The notes beneath the pieces are model-generated. The model was given only the letters and a program-made list of their open reading frames with translations, made no database searches and was not told the DNA's origin. This document shows, piece by piece, positions 1 to 10,419 of a stretch of 64,000 nucleotides of DNA. Source of the stretch: Endomicrobium sp. (GTDB lineage: Bacteria > Elusimicrobiota > Endomicrobiia > Endomicrobiales > Endomicrobiaceae); contig JAISEE010000019.1 in NCBI GenBank assembly GCA_031264325.1, positions 48,891 through 112,890 on the forward strand. Direction: 5' to 3'. The position numbers and the translations under genes were made by a program. The first letter of the stretch is position 1; every line of letters begins with the position of its first letter.

Positions 1-178
1 GCAATTCTGAAGCTATCATTTTAACTTCACTCTTATTTATGCTTCCATCTATAATATAAAATGGAGAATAATCGATTTTTTTTAAACCTTTAATACCAAT
101 ATCCAAAATATCGGACAACACATGCTCTCCACGAGAATCTTTAAACCCTTTCTTTGTAAAAATATCTACCTCAAACAT
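1..178 (-). CDS. 5' part of phosphoribosylformylglycinamidine synthase (PurS-like / PurL N-terminus), runs off window
   Basis: Manual translation from ATG at 178 gives MFEVDIFTKKGFKDSRGEHVLSDILDIGIKG..., open to position 1; overlaps the purC stop; PurS-like 'K.GF.D.RG' pattern. Confidence 0.6.
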   Translation of the reverse strand, partial: MFEVDIFTKKGFKDSRGEHVLSDILDIGIKGLKKIDYSPFYIIDGSINKSEVKMIASEL

Positions 179-1070
179 TAAAAACCTCTCCAGTCAATTT
201 TTCGTATACGGTAATATACTTATCAATAGTTTTTTCAACAACATCTTTTGGAAGAACGGGAGCAGGGGAAGACTTATCCCAATTTATACTCTCAAGATAA
301 TCTCTGATATACTGTTTATCAAGACTGCTTTGAGATTTACCTTCTTCATATTTGCTCATTTCCCAAAACCTTGAAGAATCTGGCGTAAAAATTTCATCTA
401 TCAGTATCAAATTATTATCGTAAAAACCAAACTCTAGCTTCGTATCTGCAACTATTATGTCCTTTGTTAAAGCATAATCACTAACTTTTTTATAAAGCTC
501 CACTGAAGTTTTCTTTAAACTTTCTGCAACGTCTTTTCCAACTCTTTTTATAGTCTCTTCAAAAGAAATATTTTCATCATGCTTACCGTCCTTTTCCTTG
601 CTTGACGGTGTAAAAATAGGCTCTGGCAGTTTAGAAGATTCTTTTAATCCTGGAATTAACTTTATTGCGCAAGCTGTTTGAAATTTTTGATATTCCTTCC
701 AGCCCGAACCAACTAAATACCCTCTAACTATGCATTCAACGTCTAGTCTGTTGGCTTTTTTCACTATCATTGATCTATCACGAAGGTATTCATATTTCTT
801 AAGTTCCGTAGGAAATGTATCAAAATCTCCTGTGATAATATGATTAGGAACTACCCCATAAACAAAATCAAACCAAAACATTGAAAACTTATGCAAAACC
901 TTACCTTTATTTGGAATAAAAGTAGGAATTACATGGTCAAACGCAGAAATTCTATCAGAAGCCACTATAAGATAGCTCTGACCTAAGTCATAAACATTTC
1001 TAACCTTACCTTTATGCACTAAAGGAAGATTTATACCGCCTTCTTGATCGCTCATTTTTTTTGATTCCAC
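171..1070 (-). CDS. purC: SAICAR synthetase
   Basis: GKVRNVY, SDRISAFD, ECIVRGYL, ADTKLEFG, DEIFTPDSSRFW, DKQYIRDYL motifs; start may be ATG 1055. Confidence 0.97.
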   Translation of the reverse strand: MESKKMSDQEGGINLPLVHKGKVRNVYDLGQSYLIVASDRISAFDHVIPTFIPNKGKVLHKFSMFWFDFVYGVVPNHIITGDFDTFPTELKKYEYLRDRSMIVKKANRLDVECIVRGYLVGSGWKEYQKFQTACAIKLIPGLKESSKLPEPIFTPSSKEKDGKHDENISFEETIKRVGKDVAESLKKTSVELYKKVSDYALTKDIIVADTKLEFGFYDNNLILIDEIFTPDSSRFWEMSKYEEGKSQSSLDKQYIRDYLESINWDKSSPAPVLPKDVVEKTIDKYITVYEKLTGEVFNV

Positions 1071-1180
1071 TCTTATATTTTATATTCAAAATTATATAAA
1101 TTTTATATATTAATCTTTCATTATTTTCTTTCTTTGTGAAGTTTAAAAAAACAACCAGTATAAACAAAGCTCCATAAACT

Positions 1181-1867
1181 TTAATTTAAAAAACCTTGGT
1201 GGTCTTGAGAAAAAATTTTATATCGATTGCCTATTATTACCTTTGAACTTCTTATTGCGTCAACAGTCCATTCTGTTAAAATTACATTTACTTTTGTAAA
1301 AAACAAATCATTTTTATGTACAGGAGGATTTTGTTTGCTTGCAGACTCAACTTCGTAATTCCACAGTTTTATGGAAGACGCCATTATCATTTTTACTTTG
1401 TTTGCCACCAACTGCTTTTTTCTAAAACTTTCATAATCTTTAGGATTCATCTGTATGGTGTTTAAAAATGCCGTATACTTAAACACATTAAAAAAATCGC
1501 CAGTTTTAAATTCCGCAGAGTTTTGTAAATCAGACTTCAATTCTTCATCTGTAACTATAATCCCATATTTTTTAGCCTCCTGGCAAAATAACTCAGTTTG
1601 TACTAATACCTGAATGACTCTAATCTTGACTTCATTTAACTCTTTTTCATCCAAAAATTTATTTGTAGTATGTTGATAGCTTTTTACTGAACTTTTATAA
1701 ATTGAGTGAAATAAACTCATCTGTATTTTGGTTCCATTTATTTTAACAACAAAGTCTGAAGATTTATTAAATAAGTATGATCCTGTTTCAAAAAATATTC
1801 CACATAAAAAAGTTACTATAGTTACAATAAAAATCACACGCATGTGTCTTCTAAAAAAACTCATCAT
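1181..1867 (-). CDS. SurA/PpiD N-terminal domain membrane-anchored chaperone
   Basis: N-terminal TM helix, 'VVKINGTKI' and 'EAKKYGIIVTDEEL' typical of the SurA_N domain. Confidence 0.75.
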   Translation of the reverse strand: MMSFFRRHMRVIFIVTIVTFLCGIFFETGSYLFNKSSDFVVKINGTKIQMSLFHSIYKSSVKSYQHTTNKFLDEKELNEVKIRVIQVLVQTELFCQEAKKYGIIVTDEELKSDLQNSAEFKTGDFFNVFKYTAFLNTIQMNPKDYESFRKKQLVANKVKMIMASSIKLWNYEVESASKQNPPVHKNDLFFTKVNVILTEWTVDAIRSSKVIIGNRYKIFSQDHQGFLN

Positions 1868-2544
1868 TTCATTTCTGTCCCATTGATTTTTTTTCTTTTC
1901 ATGAAATACATCTGCAGAAAAAAAATTTTATGTTCCCTACAATTATAATAATATCCCAACTACGACTTCACTGGTCTAGTTAATATTTTATATTATAAAT
2001 TTATAAATATTAATAATATTACCTCACCTCCAGCTGTTTCAGCAATTTTGTCTATTATTATCCGCAAAAAGCATAAGGAGCCATATTTCTTACCAGTCTC
2101 TTTAAGAAATATTTATAATAGTCTCAATAGTCTCATTACAACTATTATACTTAATTTATAACTTATCCTTAATCAATAAAATTAAAATTTGAATTTTGAA
2201 AACTGAAATAATAATGATACAAAACTATTCTTTTCATTTTCAACATCTTTTTTGGTTGAAAGGAATTCACTTAAAAAGATTCACTTGACTTGAATTTAAA
2301 AACTATAAATCTATGATAGTATTTTAAATTTGCAATGTCTTTAAATATAACTACGATAATACATCTATAAAATTTATATAAAATACAAACGCAATTTTTA
2401 ATAATTTGGTAAAATATTATATTTATATAATATTTAATTATTTATTATTTAATGATTAATAATATTAATGAAATTATTAAAAATTAAAAAACTAATGAAA
2501 CGAGAGATTCTTTAAGTAATTATTAAGTATATAAAGTACATAAT

Positions 2545-2574
2545 AAGTATAATTAAGTATAATTAAGTATAATT
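2545..2574 (+). repeat. Tandem 10-mer (AAGTATAATT)x3, each copy containing TATAAT, directly before the LTA-synthase-family start
   Basis: Read directly; degenerate copies upstream at 2525-2544. Confidence 0.85.
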
Positions 2575-4569
2575 ATGAATATGTCCAAAAAGTTTAATTT
2601 TGAAAAGTATATCGATTGCGTAGTTAAAATAATTCCGCTAAATGTAACAATACTTGTAACAATGAGTCTCTATAGAATATTTTTCTTTTTTTACTTCAAA
2701 AGTATTCCGTTACTTGGTCATTTTAGAGACATATTTAAAGCATTTGTTCTAGGTTTGCGTTTTGATTTATCAACTTTAGCATATATAAATTCTTTTATAA
2801 TTTTTATTTTTACGATTTTTTTATTAATAAAAAACCTAAGGTTATTCAAAAAAACAATATCTATTATAAAACTTTGGTATTGCCTTGCTTTCATAGTAGT
2901 AGTTTTAGCTACTGCCGTTGACTTTTGTTTTTATATTTGTTTTGGAGAACATGTAAATATACTATTGTTTGATTTTTTTAATGATGACGCTTTTGCTTTA
3001 ATAAAAACAATTATCTCTGATTGGCGTTTTTATATAGTTTTGTCTGCATTGATTTTAATCGGATTTATAATATGCAAAATTGTTTCTATAAGCACAAAAA
3101 AGCTTCTTGATACACAACACCGTTTTACTATTATAAACTCTTCTTATTGGAGTGTTTTTGTTAAAATATTTACTGTTCTTTTAATACTGTTTATAACGTT
3201 TTTATTTGCAAGAGGTACAGTTTCAATGTTTCCTTTAGGAAAGTTCTATGCACAAATATCTACAAACTCATTCATAAACAATATAGCATTAACGGCAGTA
3301 CACTCTATTGTAGACGCAATTCAAGCAAAAACTGAACAAAGCAAAGATAAAAATATTTCAAAAAAACTTGGTTTAGACGAAAAAAATATTGATTTATCAA
3401 TATTTAATAAAATATCAATTAAAAATACTGAAGCCGAAAAGATAAGGCCAAACGTGATCTTTATAGTTTTAGAAGGTTTTGGCGAACTTCCAATTTTATA
3501 TAATAGCGAAAAGTTTAATGTACTTGGAGATCTGAAGAAGCATTTTGACGAAGATTTAGTTTTGTATAATTTTTTACCAGCAGGCCTAATAACAATACAT
3601 TGCTTAGAATCAACAATTCTTAACATGCCCCAAAGGCCTTTTTCTATCCAAGTAACACAAAGTCATAAAGCGTACAAGCATTTTTCAAGCTCTTTAATTT
3701 TGCCTTATAAAAAATCCGGTTATGTTACAAAAGCTGTTTATGGAGGAAGTCTCGCTTGGCGGGGGATTGAAGGTTTTTTAAAAGCACAAGGATTTGAAGA
3801 AATACATGGAGAAAGTTCTATAAAAAATGAACATCGCCACGAGTGGGGTATTAATGACGCTCAGTTTTTTAAAATTGTTTTAAGAGAGTTGAAAAATAAC
3901 AGCAAACCTCAATTTATTTACGCAATGTCCACAGCAACACATCCTCCTTACAAAATACCTCCATACTATAAACCTTTAAAACTTGAAATTCCTAAAGAAC
4001 TTGAACGTATAATGCCGGGAGAATTAAATCTTAAAAAAATTTTTGAAACTTATCAATTTGCCAATAGGGAAGCCTCTAAATTTTTGGATATTATAAAAAA
4101 TTCCAAATTTAAAGATAATACTATAGTTGTTATAACAGGAGACCATAATCTTAGAGAAATTAAAACTTTTGTTCCTGAAGACCTGTTTAAAAAATACGCG
4201 GTTCCAATGTATTTATATATACCCGAAAAGTTGAAAAAAAAAATTGATACAAATATCACAGCGTGCCATATTGATATAGCGCCGACTCTTTACGATTTGT
4301 CACTTTCGCAAGCAAAATATATAGCTGCAGGAGAAAGCATATTGGATCAAGATAAAAAAAACCATATAGCGTTTAATAGCAACGGTTTCATATTATCAAA
4401 AAATAAAGCCGTCTCATTTAACATAGAAAATGGAAAAATTTTATACTTTAATTTTGACACAAAATCTAAAATACTTTCTATAATGAAGCCAACTAACGAA
4501 CATAATTTTATGCTAGAATACTACAAAAAAATTATATTGACTTCAGATATGTATATAAATCAAAAATAA
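2575..4569 (+). CDS. LTA synthase / alkaline-phosphatase-superfamily membrane phosphotransferase (sulfatase domain)
   Basis: About 5 N-terminal TM helices with 'GLRFDLS'; 'PNVIFIVLEGF', 'WGINDA', 'STATHPPY', 'ITGDH', 'HIDIAPTL'. Confidence 0.88.
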   Translation: MNMSKKFNFEKYIDCVVKIIPLNVTILVTMSLYRIFFFFYFKSIPLLGHFRDIFKAFVLGLRFDLSTLAYINSFIIFIFTIFLLIKNLRLFKKTISIIKLWYCLAFIVVVLATAVDFCFYICFGEHVNILLFDFFNDDAFALIKTIISDWRFYIVLSALILIGFIICKIVSISTKKLLDTQHRFTIINSSYWSVFVKIFTVLLILFITFLFARGTVSMFPLGKFYAQISTNSFINNIALTAVHSIVDAIQAKTEQSKDKNISKKLGLDEKNIDLSIFNKISIKNTEAEKIRPNVIFIVLEGFGELPILYNSEKFNVLGDLKKHFDEDLVLYNFLPAGLITIHCLESTILNMPQRPFSIQVTQSHKAYKHFSSSLILPYKKSGYVTKAVYGGSLAWRGIEGFLKAQGFEEIHGESSIKNEHRHEWGINDAQFFKIVLRELKNNSKPQFIYAMSTATHPPYKIPPYYKPLKLEIPKELERIMPGELNLKKIFETYQFANREASKFLDIIKNSKFKDNTIVVITGDHNLREIKTFVPEDLFKKYAVPMYLYIPEKLKKKIDTNITACHIDIAPTLYDLSLSQAKYIAAGESILDQDKKNHIAFNSNGFILSKNKAVSFNIENGKILYFNFDTKSKILSIMKPTNEHNFMLEYYKKIILTSDMYINQK

Positions 4570-4579
4570 TAGATATAAA

Positions 4580-5010
4580 ATGCATACAATATTTTTTGTA
4601 TTGTTTTTGATCGTTCTTGCAAAAACTTATATCCTTGCAGTTTTATAGCAAAATTGGATAACAAAAACATAGCAAAAGAGAAGCATAGAGCGATATAAAG
4701 CACATTGTGAAGCACAGATACGAGGGGAAGAAATTCCAAGCCTTTGTTGAAGCAGTAAAAAGGTAGGAGATAAAGCCCTCTCCAACACATGAAAAAACAC
4801 ATTAGACGAAGTCGTAAAAGCAAACAAATACAACAAACAAAATACAAACAAGTCGCAAGGTTTTACAATTCAAATATTTTATCTTTAAACACAAAATATG
4901 TTTCCAAGGTAACGCGCAGTAGGCAAAATTTTTAAATCTACAAAACAAGAATTCCTTAAAATTAACGAAGCCGAACAAAAAGTAAAAAAATCTATTAAAA
5001 CTTCTTCTAA
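4580..5010 (+). pseudogene. lemA: Decayed LemA family gene
   Basis: Frame-broken remnants 'KHRYE..IPSL.VEAVK..THEK.TLDEVVKA' match the LemA consensus KRRYDLIPNLVETVKGYA.HEKETL; many stops and indels; precedes the htpX remnant. Confidence 0.75.
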
Positions 5011-5025
5011 CTTACTACTACGAAA

Positions 5026-5960
5026 ATAACTACTTACGATTTTATAGAATCAAATACAAAAAAACAGTATTGCTTATAATTCTATTTCCATTGACACTTG
5101 TAGAGTTGGTTTACTTATGCTTGCTGTTTTAAGTTTCATAAAAGTTTCAGACGCAAATTTGACTACAATATAACCTTTTAGCTTTTACAGTTGCTATATA
5201 TATTTCTATCCTTTGCAATTTCCTGAATTCTAATAAATTATTATCGCAGATCAATCTTTTATTTTATCAACAGTCAGAACCACTGAACTTACAAAACAAA
5301 ATACTCCTGAAGTTGTGATAATTGTTAAAAATGTTTCCATAGCAACAGGGCTTCCAACACTTAAAGTTATTCAATAAAAAATGACAAAGGACTCAACGTT
5401 TTGCCACAGGAAGAGATCCCTCAATACTCTTACATTATTCTAACCAAAGGCCACGCCCCATTTTATAATCTAGAAAAATTATAAAATGAGCTCGAAAAGC
5501 AGATTATTGCTCACGAAATGACACATATAGTAGGCATAAGTTTGCATCTGTCGTTGAAAAGCATTGCTATATACGACACTTAATATAAACATCGAAAAAT
5601 TCTAAAAACAATAACGCAGTACATGCATTTCTATTCGTTTTGGATATATTCTTTATGTGTATAAAATTTATTATATAGCTCTACTAATAAAATTAGCAAT
5701 ACCAAGAACAAAAGAGTATCAAGCTGGCACTGCAACAGGCTTGATAACTAAAAACTTTCAAGGGAAAAAGGGGCATTACAAAAATCTAAACATTCAACAG
5801 TTAAAAATCTAAACGATAAACAAACAATGTCACCGCTTTGTATTGCAAACCTTTCAACTAAAAACAAAATTCATTTTTTACAAAAATTTCAAGAATTTTT
5901 ATAACACGCCAACCTATTAAAATTGCAAACTATGGATGATGGGTTTGGGGAAAATATAAA
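5026..5960 (+). pseudogene. htpX: Decayed HtpX/M48 zinc metalloprotease
   Basis: 'VSIATGLPT', 'ATGRDP' (5403-5420), 'IIAHEMTHI' HExxH (from 5503), 'RTKEYQA'; start eroded to ATA; multiple frameshifts. Confidence 0.82.
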
Positions 5961-6628
5961 AATTTATAAAGCGAACATGTGGGAGATAGTCAATAAAAAA
6001 ATATAAATTTAAAATTTGGACCACAAACTCAGGGTGCTTGTTTTAATTTTTTACACGCTTATATATGTCAAAACTCTTTTTATATATTGCCAAAAGACAT
6101 GCTTTTTTCTAACATTATGCAACAACTTTTATCTTTACCTTCCTTGTATTTTCAAAAGCTTTATTTTCTACTAACATTTTATTTTTAAAATAGTGTTCCC
6201 ATTTAATTTTGTTTTATAGATTGATTGATTATTGTCATCTTTATAAATAGATAACTTTTTATCATTAAATTCTACAGCTGATAACTTTCATACACTAATC
6301 TATCACTTTTTAAAGTATAGAAACGCTATATCACCGCTTCAGTAAAAAGTACCAACGATTTAATAAGTAACTTATAAACGTTACTCCATAAAAACAATAA
6401 AGAATAAATTGTTTTATTTATAATTTACTCTTTTCTAAAACAAATTCAAAGCTTTATGTATAAACTCATCAATATTTAAAAAAATATTTAATTATTTCTA
6501 CTTCTTTTGTACTAACTTAGATCACATCTATTAATTCTAATCTTGTTTTTCACAGTGTACCATTATTTTTATGTTAAATTTAGAATAAAAGAACAACAAA
6601 CAAAATTGTTAAAAATTAATTTTTCTAT

Positions 6629-7225
6629 TCACATCCTCTCTTTAATTAACCCAAAAAACCTAACAATATCACCTCTCAATTTACCAAAACCTACTTTTTT
6701 CTTTGCGCTTACCGTAAACACTAAAGATTTATCTATTTCAAAATATTGTGACACTTTAGTTTCAACTTTATATTCAGTTATACTGTCTGGTAATTTATCA
6801 AACTTATTTACAATAATTTTAAATGGAATATTATGCTCTTTAAGCCAACAAACCATATCAAAATCTAACTTTGTAGGGCCTACAAAAGCATCTATTGTTA
6901 TATAAACAATTTTTTTGTTTTTTCTTTGAACTATACATTCTTCTATCATTTTATTCCAAAGTTCTTTTTCTTTAAAACTTACCCTTGCAAAGCCATAACC
7001 TGGCAAATCTATCATCCATTTTTTTATAACGACACTATAAACGTTTATACTTCTTGTTCTACCTGGAGTTTTTGAAATTTTCGCCAAATTCTTCTGATGG
7101 CACAAAGCATTTATAACACTGCTTTTGCCTACATTAGACCTACCGGATAAAACAACCTCAGCCATACTTTGAGGAAGTAACTTTACATTTGACTCTGCCC
7201 TAAAAAATACCGTCTTTTCAAACAT
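6629..7225 (-). CDS. engB: Ribosome biogenesis GTPase YihA/EngB/YsxC
   Basis: GRSNVGKSS, SKTPGRT, DLPGYG, NKFD motifs. Confidence 0.95.
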   Translation of the reverse strand: MFEKTVFFRAESNVKLLPQSMAEVVLSGRSNVGKSSVINALCHQKNLAKISKTPGRTRSINVYSVVIKKWMIDLPGYGFARVSFKEKELWNKMIEECIVQRKNKKIVYITIDAFVGPTKLDFDMVCWLKEHNIPFKIIVNKFDKLPDSITEYKVETKVSQYFEIDKSLVFTVSAKKKVGFGKLRGDIVRFFGLIKERM

Positions 7226-7937
7226 CTCTATTTCTCATTATAGAAAGGAGCTTTAATATTTCAAGATAAAGCCATACGAGCGTTATCATTAAAGCAAAAG
7301 AGCTATACCATTCCATATATTTAGGTACTCCACGCTGAGCACCTCGTTCAATTAAATCAAAATCTATAATAAAGTTTAAAGAGGCGATAGCAACTATTAT
7401 AAGACTAATTGCTATGCCAAGCCCTGAAGAGGCTGACAAAAAATTAAACTTTCTTGCACCAAAAAAACCTATCAATAAATCAATTAAATACGCAAGAGTT
7501 ATAGCAAATGTTGAAAATATAACGACTTTTTTAAACCTTGGCGTAGCTGCGAGTATACCTGTTTTATAAGCCGCAAGCATACAAAAGAGAACGCACATCG
7601 TCAATAGCACGGCATTTACGACAATCCCTGGGTATGATTTTTCAAAATAAATAGAAATGACTCCCAAAACAAGACCTTCACAAACAGCATAAATAGGTGA
7701 TAAAATCGGTGACAAATTCATCTTAAAAGATGATACTATAGCCAAGACAAAGCATCCTAACAATATAGGCAATGTCAACGGCATTATAAAACTCGGATGA
7801 GTCCAAGAATAAAGTGCACTAGTTGCAAGCAAAACCCATAAAATTATACTTTTGTTTATTGTGCCAAAAACTGTCATAGCCTCTGTGCTTCTAACGTGTG
7901 TTTGAAAAACGCTGTCTTTTAAAAACGGATTACCCAT
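7218..7937 (-). CDS. Bax inhibitor-1/YccA family membrane protein
   Basis: About 7 TM helices; C-terminal 'DFDLIERG..PKYMEWY..LMITLVWLYLEIL'. Confidence 0.9.
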   Translation of the reverse strand: MGNPFLKDSVFQTHVRSTEAMTVFGTINKSIILWVLLATSALYSWTHPSFIMPLTLPILLGCFVLAIVSSFKMNLSPILSPIYAVCEGLVLGVISIYFEKSYPGIVVNAVLLTMCVLFCMLAAYKTGILAATPRFKKVVIFSTFAITLAYLIDLLIGFFGARKFNFLSASSGLGIAISLIIVAIASLNFIIDFDLIERGAQRGVPKYMEWYSSFALMITLVWLYLEILKLLSIMRNRDV

Positions 7938-7939
7938 AA

Positions 7940-8380
7940 TTATCCTCCATTAATTTTATCGTAAGCTAATCTTATAATTTTTTTTTGATTACCAAAAAAA
8001 AGAAATTCTTGGGCTTTTTTTATATTCATCCATTCTATTTTTGATATTTCATTTTTATCAAAATCTAAAGCATCTTCCAAAGCCAAAACAAGAAAATAAA
8101 TTGAATGTTTTTCAACTAAAAGATCTTTTGCTTCATCTAATGTACCTCTAATTAAATAAATATCTTCTTGTCTAAAATTTTCAACAAATTTTACACTTTT
8201 TATTCCTGTTTCTTCAAAAATTTCTCGTTTAGCGGTTTCAATTTCACTTTCCCCGTCTTCAATATGACCTTTTGGAAAACCCCATCTATCACTTCTTTTG
8301 GAATTAACAAGCAGAAAAATGGGCACGTTGCCTTGCGTCATCTTATAAACTACGGCCCCACAGGAAATTTCTTTAAGCAT
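7940..8380 (-). CDS. Nudix hydrolase, asymmetrical Ap4A-hydrolase-like
   Basis: 'EISCGAVVY', 'WGFPKGHIEDGESEIETAKREIFEETGI' Nudix box. Confidence 0.85.
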   Translation of the reverse strand: MLKEISCGAVVYKMTQGNVPIFLLVNSKRSDRWGFPKGHIEDGESEIETAKREIFEETGIKSVKFVENFRQEDIYLIRGTLDEAKDLLVEKHSIYFLVLALEDALDFDKNEISKIEWMNIKKAQEFLFFGNQKKIIRLAYDKINGG

Positions 8381-10139
8381 TTATGCCTCTTGTTTCATAA
8401 AACAAATCAATCTCCTTTAAAATTGACTTACTATCTTCTAATTTTAAAACTTTATCAGCTATAGTTTTGCAATCCACAAATGATATACTTCTTACTATTT
8501 TTTTAATTGGCGCAATTTGCGAAGGAGATACGCTAAACTCATCAAGACCCATACCTAAAATAATAGGCATATACTTTGGCTCTCCAGCCATTTCTCCACA
8601 CATGGCAACTTTTATTCCAGCTTTATACGCTTCATCAATAATGCGTTTTATAAATCTTAAAATTGCTGGATGCATAGGATCGTATAAATAGGCGACATTT
8701 TCGTTAACCCTATCTACGGCTAGCGTATATTGTATCAAATCATTAGTTCCTATTGATACAAAATCTACTTCTTTTACAATAGAATCAATTACGGCTACAG
8801 CTGACGGCACTTCTATCATAACGCCAACTTCCATATTTTCATCAAACTTTATATTTTCTTTTCTTAAATCTTTTTTCACTTCGCTAAGAATAGCATTTGC
8901 GGCCCTTACTTCAGCAAGACCTGAAATCATTGGATACATCAACTTTACTTTTCCTAAAACAGAAAGCCTTAAGATAGCCCTCAACTGACTTATAAATATC
9001 TCAGGATATTTAAGGCACAATCTTATAGATCTTAACCCCAAAAACGGATTAGATTCAAAGTTTAGGTTTAGTAATCTCATTTTAGTAAGTTTATCACCTC
9101 CCAAATCAAACGTTCTTATTGTAATGACATGAGGCGATACTTGCTGTACTACTTTAGAATATGTGTCAAAATGCTCCTGTTCCGTAGGAATAGAATCACG
9201 ATTAAAATATATTGTTTCCGTTCTGTAGAGCCCTATACCCACTGCGCCTTTATTCAAAACAAGCGATACTTCATCCAAATGGTCAATATTGGCAAAAATA
9301 AAAATTTTGTGCTTATCTATAGTTTCGGATGTTAAATTTTTAAACTTTTCTAATTCTACTATTTTTGACAGTTGCAAATCATATTTATTTTTGTAGTATA
9401 GTAAAACTTTGGAAGAAGGACTTAATATAACTTCACCTTTATCGCCATCAATTATTATTGTTTCGCCAGCTTTAACAAGCGAAGAGATATTTTTAAGTCC
9501 TACCACAGCAGGTATAGCAAGCCCTTGCGCGATAATCGCTGTATGAGAAGTCTTTCCACCAATATCCGTAGCAAACCCCGCAATCTTTTTTCCTCTAACA
9601 GACACTGTATCAGCCGGTGTTAAATTGTTTGCAATAACAATAGATTTTTCATCTATTTCTGTGAGGCTTTTTCCTTTGTTGCCAAAAAGATTTGCAAGAA
9701 TCTTTTTGGCAACATTTTGAATATCAATTTTTCTTTCTTTGAAAAAACTATCACTTATACCATCAAAAGAGCGAATAATCTTATCAAAAACTTTAAAAAG
9801 GGCATATTCTGTATTGACCCCATCTAAAATAAGTTTATATACATCCTTTTTTAACGCAGGATCGTCTAAAATCAAAAGATGAACGGTTGCTATATGAGCA
9901 TAGTTTTCACCAAGAATATCATTAATTTTGTTATACATAACCATGAATTCGTTTCTAGTTTTTTCTATAGCGTCATCAAATCGTTTTCTTTCAACTTCTC
10001 TAAAAGACTTTGAAATTTCTTTACGAATTAAACAAAATTCTTCTTTTAAAAGAAAAACTTTCCCTATGGCAATTCCTGGAGATGCAGCAATACCTTCTAA
10101 AACTATATCTCTTATATCTCTATTAACAAACATTAACAC
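8373..10139 (-). CDS. ptsI: PTS enzyme I (PEP-protein phosphotransferase)
   Basis: GIAASPGIAIG, GGKTSHTAI (phospho-His), GLYRTE, NPFLGLR, SIGTNDLIQY, MCGEMAG. Confidence 0.97.
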   Translation of the reverse strand: MLMFVNRDIRDIVLEGIAASPGIAIGKVFLLKEEFCLIRKEISKSFREVERKRFDDAIEKTRNEFMVMYNKINDILGENYAHIATVHLLILDDPALKKDVYKLILDGVNTEYALFKVFDKIIRSFDGISDSFFKERKIDIQNVAKKILANLFGNKGKSLTEIDEKSIVIANNLTPADTVSVRGKKIAGFATDIGGKTSHTAIIAQGLAIPAVVGLKNISSLVKAGETIIIDGDKGEVILSPSSKVLLYYKNKYDLQLSKIVELEKFKNLTSETIDKHKIFIFANIDHLDEVSLVLNKGAVGIGLYRTETIYFNRDSIPTEQEHFDTYSKVVQQVSPHVITIRTFDLGGDKLTKMRLLNLNFESNPFLGLRSIRLCLKYPEIFISQLRAILRLSVLGKVKLMYPMISGLAEVRAANAILSEVKKDLRKENIKFDENMEVGVMIEVPSAVAVIDSIVKEVDFVSIGTNDLIQYTLAVDRVNENVAYLYDPMHPAILRFIKRIIDEAYKAGIKVAMCGEMAGEPKYMPIILGMGLDEFSVSPSQIAPIKKIVRSISFVDCKTIADKVLKLEDSKSILKEIDLFYETRGINA

Positions 10140-10147
10140 ACTCCTTC

Positions 10148-10411
10148 CTATTCACCAAATTTCGAATCAAATAAGTTTTCTATGGCAACAATAGCCTCAT
10201 ATTCATCAGAACCATACGCGATGAATTTTAGTTTGCTTCCATAAGCAGCTGCTAATGCCATAACACCTATTACACTTTTAGCATCAACCTCAAAATCATC
10301 TTTTAAAATTTTAATAATTGATTGATATTTACTTAGAGTTTGTACAAGAGTTGCAGCAGGTCTTGCGTGTAACCCAGTTTTATTTAAAACAACTATAATT
10401 TTTTCTTTCAC
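10148..10411 (-). CDS. ptsH: Phosphocarrier protein HPr
   Basis: GLHARPAA (His15) and DAKSVIG (Ser46); probable GTG start at 10411; the ORF-track extension to 10585 is upstream pseudogene sequence. Confidence 0.93.
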   Translation of the reverse strand: MKEKIIVVLNKTGLHARPAATLVQTLSKYQSIIKILKDDFEVDAKSVIGVMALAAAYGSKLKFIAYGSDEYEAIVAIENLFDSKFGE

Positions 10412-10419
10412 TTTTACGC

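Noticed and set aside
1870-2520. Spacer with coding-like fragment 'KIAETAGGEV' on the minus strand; similarly the 5960-6620 spacer
   Set aside because: Too short and degenerate to assign to any family
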